The notes under the pieces were generated by a model, which was not told the DNA's origin, ran no database searches, and worked only from the letters and a program-made list of their open reading frames with translations. A program made the position numbers and the translations under genes. Positions 20,368 to 30,704 of a DNA stretch of 54,543 nt are shown piece after piece. Origin of the DNA: Chromera velia (taxonomy: Eukaryota); contig JAHBMJ010000185.1 of assembly GCA_018398765.1 (NCBI GenBank), forward strand, positions 1-54,543, in the 5' to 3' direction. Position 1 is the stretch's first letter, and every line of letters begins with the position of its first letter.

Positions 20368-22794
20368 GAAGGACACGGGGGAGACAAAGGTGATTTTTTC
20401 GGAAGAAGGGGTGCAGCAAGGAGATGTGATGGGCCCCGCGTTGTTCTGTATCGGCCTCAAGCCTGTACTGGACAGGCTGAGTGACAGATTGAGAGAGCAA
20501 CATCGCTCAAAGAGCACCTTCATTGGTGCTTTTATGGATGACGTGGGCCTTATTTTCCCTTCAGGAGGGTTGAGCAGAGCATGGGCAGCGGCTGAGGAAG
20601 AGTTTCGCTCATTTAACCTCAAGCTGAATCTCGGCAAGGACAAGAGCCTAGCGTTCTCTCCCGTATGGGTGGAGACAGAGAGGTGTCCGGAGACATCTCC
20701 TACAGGGTTAGAATTGTCAAAGGACGGGTTCAAGCTAGGAGGGGGAGCGATAGGGAAATGGGAGTACGAGAAAAAACATTTTGAAAAAGTGAGAGACGAA
20801 GCAGTGGGGTTGGCGTCCAAAGTAGCCAACTATCGCGATCCTCAAGGGGGATAGCTTCTGTTTCGGTTTTGTGTTCTCCCCAACTTGGGTTTCCTTCTAC
20901 GTTTGATGGCAGATGCAATTCCAACATCAATGTGGTAGGCGGCTGATGACATGCTCTTGAAGAAATGTACTCGAAGGCTTGGCATTGCTGAGAATGAGTG
21001 GACCCTACACCAAACAGTGCAGGCATCCCTTCCATTATCGCAAGGGGGGCTGGGCATACACAGGTATAGTCTCATACAAAAATGTGCGCTGGTAGGATGT
21101 TATGCATCCTGCCTAGCAGATGTACTGAAGAGGCTTTTGGTGCAAGGGTATGCGAACAACCCAGATGAGATGTGGAAGAAAGTTTCGAGGGAGGGATGGT
21201 CTCAGAAAGCCCAAGAAGCGTTCTATAGACTGCAGAACGATCATCAGGATGCAGTCAGTGGAGCGCCAGAGCGGTCGTTGCTGAAAGCATCATGGAGAGA
21301 TTGCACAGAGGCATGGAGAGGTGAAGGGGCAAAGGGGGTGCAAGGGAGGCTCTATGATACTTTGCAGGCAGCGACGAGAAAACGACTGTTGGGAGAGCTG
21401 CCGGGCAGTAGCCGTCCTACGCTAGAGACGCCTCCAAGCTTAGATGAGAAGGGACAGATTCGCTTGAGAAGTTGCTCTGGCAATGGAGCCTCAGCATGGC
21501 TTGGAGCCATTCCTTTTGACAGCAACCACAAGATCTTCCCACCGCTTTTTCGTACAGCCATGCGCGTACGGCTAGGCCTTCGTATCCCAGAGCTGGTACG
21601 ACAACCAGTCTGCGGCTGCGGACAGAGGGGGGACTTGGAGGGTGTTCATGGAGGAAAGTGTCCAACGGGAGGAGGTCCGTGGAGAAGGCACCAAAAGGTT
21701 GGGGCAGCATTTTTTGAGCTGTTAACGGGGGTAAGGTACTGTACGGTTGGGGGGGAGACGACGATGGGATCGTTGGGGCTCGATTTGACAGGACCGTTGG
21801 CCGAGGAACGCGACAAACGACCAGACTTGTTCGCGTCTTTGCCGAATGGGGACTCCATTCTAGGGGATGTGGCTCTGATCCACCCGATCCAGGATGCAAC
21901 CCGCCTGCACAGAAACGCCAAGAAAGCAGGCGCTGCAACTAAGGAGAAGGAGGGGAAGAAACATACCCACTACGATGATGCCTGCAGAGCAGTGGGCATT
22001 CGTTTTGTCCCTTTGGTTTTTGAGACCTATGGAAGGCCTGGGGGGGAAACAGTGCGGTTCGTGAAAGAGATGGTGAGACAGGCTACAGAAAGGTTGGGGG
22101 AGATGAATGATGCGCCAGCACGTCAGAAAATTGCTGACAGATGGTGGAAAACGTTGTCAGTAGCGGTTCAGAAAGCAGCAGCGTCTACAATCTTGGCATC
22201 TGTGCAGGCAAGCCGCGGTGCACGCGGTACACAGGTTACAGAGATGCTGCTTGGGAGGGAGTTTTCGGCCTACGTGGGCCTTGCAGAGAAGAAAGAGTAA
22301 AAGAATGGGGGGGGGGCCAGCAGGGGCGCTGGCAAGAGAATTGAAAGAAAGAGAAAGACCATTTTGATGTTTAAGAGATAGAAAAGACATAAACGGAGAG
22401 AAGAGCCTGACAACATCAGATTGAAGAAACATGACAAAGGAGCTAAAAGCCGCTAAGCATGCAAAAGAATTTATGGATGTAAAGAAAAGGTTTAATAAAG
22501 AAATGTTGAGGAGAAACAAATTTTTTTAATGGGCTGAGGAACCCATTGAAGAAAAAGTTGGGGAAACGAAAAGGAAGACCACAACGCTCATCCATAGATA
22601 GGCAGAGTTAACCACGCGAACACACGGAGAATGAAAGGTATTAATTTTTGTCCACCGTGGAGTAGTATAAGCTAGGCGCGGCGGCCTAGTTCGAGGGGCT
22701 TGCGCTTGCAACAGATTGGCCATAACAGACGGACAGGACCTATGCCTAGGCAAGATGCATACTGGCCCGACAAAGGACCAGAGAGACACTAAAG
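20368..22794 (+). mobile_element. 5'-truncated CRE-like non-LTR retrotransposon (RT C-half + CCHC + restriction-like endonuclease)
   Basis: GVQQGDVMGPALF, AFMDD, LKLNLGK; then QASLP..GGLGI, ASAWL, RVRLG, CGCG..H..C..RRH, RPD, DV, K..HY, FVPLVFETYG. Two TAG stops near 20852 and 20936. Ends were defined by comparison with the empty site in MITE copy 1; possible 3-bp TSD ATA. Confidence 0.88.
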
Positions 22795-23328
22795 ATACCG
22801 GGACCACCTACAAAAAGTCGGTACAAATCAATGCCCGGTGGATGCGTGGTTAAATTTTTGCATGCAAGGCACTCGTCCCACAAAAGTGGTGTGTCCCAAT
22901 AAATTGCGTATCGGTATATATAAGTATGTATAAGTCGCGCAAGTATGCAAAAACATGCATGGGCCGGAGAAAAGCTTCTTACAAAGATGTAAACTGATGC
23001 TGTGCTGCACTGTTGCCTGCACCTCTGCACTTCAGACAAGCGCCCGATGGACTACGACGGCCCTTCCTGCTGACAGTTCTTTGCGACCCTGTTTTGCGTA
23101 CGCGCATCAGACTTTGTTTCGCGTGCCTCGAGTATCAGGTCGACACATGTATATACAAACATAGACTTTCACCTAGCTGCAGTCTCTGTCTCTCTCGACC
23201 TGTACATGCAAATCTGCTGAAGCTCTGACAGACGCCTGTCGAAAGGGCTGAGGGCAGCGATCGGAGGAGTAAAGCAGCCAGGAGCTGGCTGTCTGACTTG
23301 CAGTCTGTAAAGAGAGGAAAGAAAGAAG

Positions 23329-26016
23329 ATGGGGTGTGGAGCATCAAGTCCCAAAGTCCGTCCGTCGGTTAATTGTTTTTCTCCTTATATATCTCTCTCC
23401 CAACTGCATTCATGCACCGAATGAAAGAATCGGGAGGGCTACATGGTCGGGTGCAGGCTCTTTTCGCAGCAACTTGAGCCAGCAAAGCTACAAGAGTCCA
23501 GCCCCATGCTTATATATTTACACACGTACATGTACACATACATACAGATACCTGTATAGAAGTATATATGTAGACGGGCGCATGCATGTGAAAAGAAAGA
23601 AGTCCCGGCAAAAGGAGGAGCGCGGAGAACGAAGCAAGCGAGTGAGAGGATATAAGTAAAAGGGAGCCGGGCCACGAGGAAGGAGAGTGAGTGTGCCTGA
23701 GGGAAGGAGTAAAGCTTACAGGACAGAGCTGTGTTTTTAGAGGGTGGGACTTCATTGCAGAAAGGATGCGACATGGTCCTACATGTTTATGTACACACAT
23801 TTATACGAAGGAAAATGAAAAATGATTATTTGTTGTAATAGTGAAGATGAATGAAGAGAAAGAGATTCGCGAAAACGGATGGAAAGCAGAGCGAAAAAGT
23901 GAAACGAAGAAAATGCATTTGCATGGCAAAATACTGCAAAAGTTTCCTTCCTGCTCACGACGCCTTAATTTTCTTTGCGCTTCTTTCCTTGAAATGAACA
24001 TTCCACCTGCTGAATCAATTTGATGTCTCCGCAGGTCCCCCCGGTGAATGTGGAGAGCGCCGTGAGTCGATTCGATCATCGTATCAGATGATAATTTTCG
24101 TTGAACCCATGATCTTGTTTGTCCTCGATTCGGAGGCTGCAGTCAGATGGAGGGAGGGCGTCACCGTTTCTTTCAAGCTTCCCCTCTTGCTATTGGTTGT
24201 GACTGTAACGTGATACCGTAGAATGACTGCTCTGTTCTTCCTTTACAGACCTTCTATAACTCCTCACGCATTCACTCGCTCACTCACTCACTCACTCACT
24301 CACTCACTCACTCAGTCAGTCAGTGAGTCAGCCGGTCAGTCAGTCGGTCGGTCGGTCAGTCACCCAGTCAGTCAGCCGCGTTCGGTGTCATTTGCTTTGT
24401 GACTCGCTCACTTGAGTGTGCACGTTCTTCTTTCTCGTCTACTGAATCATAGTTTGACCTTTCTAGACAACCGAGCTCTCAACTTCGTCTTGGTCTCTCT
24501 TTTTTTGCGTTTTCGCGTTCTGTTCTTCCTTCCAGAAAGACGCCGCAACGGGTGGAGGGGGGGCAGCACCGGCAGCCAACGTTCCCGGAGCAGCAGAGGC
24601 GGACAAAATGAAAGCGGTAGGCACGTCTCGCTTCTCTTGCATGCACCCCTTCTTTGTCTCCGCTGTCTGTACGCGAGTCGGGCGGGCGTCGTGGGAGCAG
24701 CGTCAAACATGCAGAAATTAAAAGAAAACAAAAAAGATTATTTCAGGCTCTGGGTTTGTGTCCACGGCTCGAAACTTCAAATTCATTTTGAAAACTGGCG
24801 ACTTTCAAATTTGGCGTCGTGCTCTTGCGCCAGTCTAAAAGAATCGAAATCCTTTTTTCTGTATTTGGGTTTCGTCTGGCATGTCCCTGTATCTCTGTGA
24901 GCTGGAAAGAAATACTTGTGCGTTCGGCTGAGTTCAACTCAGCCGGTGTCAAGGGGCCCGTTTTTCTTCTCTATTGACTATTGTCTTTCTCTTTCTTTTC
25001 CGGTACCCTTCTCATTCTGACTGTGTATGTTTGTGTGAATACTCCGAAATCGATTCACAATCAAGCAGGATGCTGAAGGAATCATTTTCATACAGAATTC
25101 TTGTTCCATACATACCTTCACAATGAATGAATCCATGCATACCTTCTCAAGCAGGATGCTGAAGCTGCAAAGAAGAAGCAGGTCCGTCTCTTTGGGCCAG
25201 ACAGTCCTTTTGCATTTTTTTGTGTGTTTGTCCTTCATTGTCTATGTCTAGGCAGTCTCTCTTTTCGGGTTGTTTCTTCCTCTTTACCCTTAATTCGATC
25301 ATGGATTTGATCTCTGATTTCTTTTAATCGAGTGATTGATTCTCTTCTCTAGTCCAGCCAGCCACACATGCAGAAGACTTCTTTGTCCTTTCCCCCCTCT
25401 CCTCTGCATTCGTTTTGCGGTTTTGCGTAAAGAAAGACAAAAATGACATACAACCGTATCGACGTGCCAGGCTTCCGACCCTTTAAGCGCTGTCTCACGG
25501 CTTGCTGCAGGAAGACGAGCTGAACGCAAAGAGATCCGAAATGGAAGCAAAGAAGAAGGAGGAAGAGGAGAAAGCGCAGAAGGCCAAGGAAGATGCTATG
25601 AAAAAAGAGAAAATGACGGAAGAGAAGGCGCAAAAGTTGAAAGAAGAAGCACTGCAGAAAGAAAAGGAGGTAGAGGAAAAGGCGCAGAAAGCGAAAGAAG
25701 AAGCAGAACAGAAGGAGAAAGAGAAAGAGGCTGAAGCGAAAGCAGCCGCAGGGGGCGGGGCAGAGGAGGAGAAACCTGCGGAAGAGAAGAATGAAGAGAC
25801 CACCCCTCATGTTTTGCCAGTAGAGCCTCCCACTGAGACAAAGCCGGAGGTGGACCTGAGCTCTGTCGAGATGTCCATGGGGAAAATGGTAGAGCATCCT
25901 GAGTTCTCAAAAATCAGCGACAGAGGGTTCCAGCACGCCGACGTTGACGGGTGAGTGGGTGTGTAGAGAGAGGAGGGAGGGAGGGATTTTCATATCAATG
26001 TATGTGTGTTTGTGTT

Positions 26017-26062
<46 letters not shown>

Positions 26063-27820
26063 TGTATGTTTCTCCGGAGGCGAAATGAGAGGGCGTGGGT
26101 GTGGACGAATGCACATGCCAAGAAGACGCCATAAAGGATTTTCATCCATCTATCTATCTATCTATCTATTTATCTATCTATCTGTCCGTTCTTTCTTTCT
26201 CTCATTTGATTAATGGATCCTATCTGCCTGCCTTAACTCGGTTGCATGGTTCGTTCAATGCAGGTCTGGCCACCTGGACGTTGCTGAGGTGAAGAAGGCG
26301 ATGACGATCATTCAGGCGGGTGTGGTTGCAGATCTCTTCCCTGGAGGGGCCCTCATGACGAAGTTGGACGACAAAAGTCAGGCAAGCAGGGAGGCAAGGA
26401 GGGAATGGGGAAAGGAAGGTCGAAATTCATGCATGTAAAATAACGAGAGAGGGAGAATGAGTATGTAAGTACGTAAGTAGATAGGTGAGCCATTGAGTGA
26501 GTGAGTGAGTGAGTGAGCGAGTGAGTGAGTGAGTGAGTGAGCGATTGAGTGAGTGAGTGAGTGAGCGATTGAGTGAGTGAGTGAGTGAGTGAGTGAGTGA
26601 GCGACTGAGTGAGTGAGTGAGCGACTGAGTGAGTGAGTGAGTGAGTGAGTGAGTGAGTGAGAGAGTGAGTGAGTGAGTGAGTGAGTGAGTGAGTAGTGAG
26701 TGAGTGAGTGAGTGAGTAGTGAGTGAGTGAGTGAGTGAGTGAATCTGCAAGCAAGCCTGCGTATGAGAGAGGGGAGGGGTGGACGCTTCTTGGGCACCTC
26801 GAGTGGCTCGACAGCGTGCATTCATTTGCATACAGGGAGCGCTCTGTATGAAAAAAGAATTTTGTATGAAAATGAATGCGGGCACCTCGAGTAGTTCAGC
26901 GTACCAAAACAGTCGGATAAGTGTGGGAGGGACGGTATTATTTTCAAGCAGTGAGGAGAGAAGCAGATCAAACAGAAACAGCCTGCGGGTGATGATCTCA
27001 TGCACTTTGTAGTCCGAGGCCTCTTCTTCTCTCGTTTTTTTTCTTTCTTTTCTCTCTTCGCAGCTGCTGAAGACACCTTGGCTCGTTTTGACGACAACAG
27101 GAACGGCACCCTATCGATGGATGAGTACCGTGCATTCACAAAGGCCTATATCTTGGGTTTGGTCTTGAAGAAGACTCGTGAGAAAGCAGAGAATGGAGAG
27201 TCGGTGGACGTGGTAGCACAGAGGATTGAAAAGAGAGTGAAAGACCTAGATGCAATGAGCAGAGCAGTACAGGCTCAGGAAGAGGAGGCAAAGAAGGACG
27301 CAGGGAGAGGGAGTGCTCCCAATCCAAAAAGCCGAATGCCCCCTAAAAGGAGAGAGCCTCCTCCTCAGGGGGGGGCGGGAGGTCCACCTGACCAGGGACA
27401 ATTGATGGAATTGTTTGAGAAGTTCGCTTCTCTCGAGAAGTGGCAGTCCATCATGTTGACCTCTTTTGCGGATCTGGATACAGACGGAAGTGGAGAGATG
27501 AACGCCAACGAACTGTCGAGCATGATGGAGAAGATGCAAAAGATGATGATCAGAAGTCTTTTCCCGTCCTCATCTCTCGAGGCTGTGGACGAAGAAGGTC
27601 CGTACGTCGGCAGGGAGGGAGGGAGCTCGGTAGATTAGCTGCATGCATGGGCCATGCAGTCTCTTGATTGTCGTGTTGGGACACGTGTGTTGTACCTGTA
27701 TGCACTAATATAAATACATGCATGGAGACAGTGATGGATGGATGTGCTGTTACAGAAAATGCCTCCAGGCTGCAGCTTTCTTCTTTCTTCCATCAAAACA
27801 GGTACGTGAATTGGGAGGGA

Positions 27821-27855
<35 letters not shown>

Positions 27856-28169
27856 GAAGGAAAAGTTGCCGGGAGTCAATCTAGCGTCTTCATCGGAGTA
27901 GTGACTGAAACGGGTGAAGGAGCATGATGGTATCCGTATTACACTTCTGGCTGGTTTGTTTGTGTGTCCTTGTTGTTTTGTTTGCAGTTCTGATGGGTCT
28001 GATGACGGAGTACGACAAGACAGGGGACTCGAGGATCTCGAAGGACGAGTTCGTCGGCTTCACCAACGCGTACATGAGGCTGTTGGTCCGGAAGGGAGCA
28101 GAGAACTTCCCCCAGGACATTCCTGTTGCATACGGAGGGTTGACAGAGAGAATCGCCTCCATGTCCTGA
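23329..28169 (+). CDS. EF-hand calcium-binding protein with predicted N-myristoylation/palmitoylation and K/E-rich coiled coil
   Basis: Exons 23329-23355 (MGCGASSPK), 24536-24616, 25511-25950, 26264-26376, 27064-27597, 27988-28169 join in phase. EF loops DVDGSGHLDVAE, DDNRNGTLSMDE, DTDGSGEMNANE, DKTGDSRISKDE. The first two exons are less certain. Confidence 0.82.
24270..24375. repeat. (CACT)n/(CAGT)n microsatellite
   Basis: Direct reading. Confidence 0.9.
25061..25164 (-). mobile_element. Tiny (68-bp) insertion between 18-bp direct repeats
   Basis: TCAAGCAGGATGCTGAAG at 25061-25078 and 25147-25164; core shared in reverse orientation with 26845-26877. Confidence 0.55.
26494..26741. repeat. 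(GAGT)n intronic microsatellite
   Basis: Direct reading. Confidence 0.97.
26792..26892 (+). mobile_element. Tiny (75-bp) insertion between 13-bp direct repeats
   Basis: GGGCACCTCGAGT at 26792-26804 and 26880-26892; 3' core TGTATGAAAAAAGAATTTTGTATGAAAATGAAT. Confidence 0.55.
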
Positions 28170-28655
28170 AAACCCCACTAGCTTTTGATCGGCCAAGCAT
28201 GTAATGAAGGAGAGAGGGAGGGAAGGGGAGAGGGCGAGTGGGAGAGAGGAAAGTCAGAACTGGGCCCCGTGATGCATGGTGCTGAGAGTTGCAGGGGGGG
28301 ATGGTATTTGGGTGGGCCGGTGCGATCCCTGCATGCAATCGGCCGGGGTCTTTCTACAAAGAGATCCGTTCCCTAATCCACAAAACATGTGGTGGAAGGG
28401 AGAGAACTCGATCGATCTCACGAGAGGGCCGCGCGATCCAGAGAGAAGCCGGTCCCATCCGTACTAAGCAACTTATGCCATCATTGTGGAAACCTATGGC
28501 CGGAAACGCAGTATATCGATTGATTGGTTGGTCGATCGATCAATCCCCTGTAAATTCAATTGGGAGAGACACTAGCTAACTGTGGTAGAATGTTCGCTCT
28601 GCGCTTTTAGTCACGTATTATGCCCGCCGTCTAATCAACACAACACTAGGCATGT

Positions 28656-28704
28656 CACAGCAAAAAAAAAAAGAAAAAAAGTCTCTAGAAAAACGAGTTA
28701 TCCA

Positions 28705-28735
<31 letters not shown>

Positions 28736-28865
28736 TGCCTGCAACACCTTGCAACACTTGTGCAATACCCGTGCAACAGCTAAACAACAGTTGCTTTAGA
28801 CAAAAAAAAAAAGAAAAAAAAAAGTACCTGATAAAGAGAGTTATTTACTTTTTTTTTTCTCTGTG
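28656..28865. mobile_element. Short CACAG...CTGTG-ended non-autonomous element (CMC/EnSpm-like?)
   Basis: Inverted CACAG/CTGTG ends; two direct copies of an A-tract...GAGTTAT...T-tract subterminal unit. Confidence 0.45.
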
Positions 28866-29000
28866 ATACCCCTAGACACAACAATATAATGTCAATATTT
28901 TATTTGCTCTGCATGAAGACCACGCTAGACACCACTGCAAGTAATATAGCAACGCTTGCATTGGGCTTAATTAGTGAAACGTGTACTACAAACCTGTTAA

Positions 29001-29462
29001 ATCGCATGCCGGGGGCGAGTGGGATGCTTTTTGTCCCCCCCTCTGCATACTAGGAGACCGGGGCTTTTCTGTAAAAAACTCGTTCTTATAATTGGTAAGG
29101 AGTTAGAAGCTGAAACTTTGTGTAAGAAGACGTTATAATAATAGAAAAAGACCTATAGAACAGATTTTTTATATCATTTCTAGAAACATAGGCTGCCATA
29201 CAAATTTTGTGAGTTTTATACCATTTTTTTTACTGTTGAAAACCGTTAAAAAATGACCGCAAAATCAAAAAATTTGTATGACAGCCTATGTTTCTAGAAA
29301 TGATATAAAAAATCTGTTCCATAGTTCTTTTTCTATCGTTAGAACGTCTTCTTACACAAAGTTTCAGCTTCTAACTACTTACCAATTATGAGAACGAGTT
29401 TTTTGTGGAAATGCACTGCTTTAAGAGGGCAAAAAACACCCCACTCTCCCCCGGCATGCGAT
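29001..29462. mobile_element. Foldback/MITE-like near-palindrome (~200-bp arms)
   Basis: 29001-29207 is the imperfect reverse complement of ~29268-29462 (ATCGCATGCCGGGGG...CCCCCGGCATGCGAT; TTTTTATATCATTTCTAGAAACATAGGCTG pairs exactly). Confidence 0.85.
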
Positions 29463-30704
29463 ATAATAATAACCAGGTCTAGAACTAGGTCTGTATTAGG
29501 GTGTGTGTCGTCCTAAAACACTTGTATGAAAACTAGCTGCCACTAGCATGAAGATAATTAAAGATAATCAGTATTATAAACTGTAAGGACCCTAATTTTA
29601 CTATGTTCTACCATGCTAGCTACCATTGAACTTTAGTTGGTATACCCCAGGTATTACGTAATTTATTACGCCTATATACACCTTTTCTATAGGTAGTAGA
29701 CTATGGGCCCTGCAGATCTGAAAAACAGTTCAAGTTGGGAGACGGGGGACCACCCAATATAGATAGGAAACAAAAGCAGAGCACAGTTTGTATTGATCTT
29801 CTGTGTCGCTGAGAGCCTGCGGATTGGACATTACGGATATATGCTGTTTCATGGGACCTCCTAGAATCTCTAAAGTGTCGGTGTATGCCGGTATATGCCG
29901 GTGAATAGACCGACTATCTTATTCGCTGCTTCTGTGAGGTAGTGTCGAGCATTTTGTCGAGTTGGGCGGTTGGAAGGAGACTAAAGGAGAGGACATGTTT
30001 TTTACTTTGGCGATATTCAACTCAGACGACATTTTACTAACTGGTCAACTTCAGCGGTGTCAGCATAATATAGCATAAAGAGCGGTGACAGCAAATAACA
30101 GGGAGCACTGAATGCATCTCACTCACACTAAGAGTTTTCCAGATGGAAGACTCACTCAGTGGCATCTCACTGGCTCGGTCTCGGTCTTGGTCTCGGTAGC
30201 CTTTCGTCCACTACGGGGCTGTGGCTATCCACTGGGATGCACTCCTCTGGCTGCATGACTGCATGCCGGGCCGCCATCGCGGGCCGCGCGCCCTGCGCGG
30301 CCGGGGATGCTGCCATCATGCTGGCATTTTTTTTAGCTCGGACATGCAGGCCGAGTTTTTGCGGCCCGCCGATCGACTGAATTCTGCAATATATTCTATA
30401 ATATTCTGCATGCTGGAAGTGTCCATGAAGTCTCCAGATGTCTCCAGTGAATCAGACTTTTCCTGTTTCAGTTTCGATCACCTCTTCCGGTTTGGTCAGA
30501 GATGGTCACTCTGTTCCCACGACGTCCTCATGTTTTCACCTTTAACCATGCACGTGTCTAGTGAGATCTCAGTCTGACTCTCAGACTTGTTTTGCCTGAA
30601 ATTCAAGTTGGCTCTTTTTCAGCTGCTGCGTTTCCCATTGACCAGAAACCACGCTCTTTTTTCTGCCCGCACTTGCACAAGAGTGTGAGTTTGCTTCAGG
30701 CGCT

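Larger units (their letters stand above)
13577..22843. mobile_element. MITE-like element copy 2, split into 13577-13998, 20300-20367 and 22795-22843 by two retrotransposon insertions
   Basis: The three segments align in order to copy 1, and both TIRs are retained (13577-13608; ~22812-22843). Confidence 0.88.
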
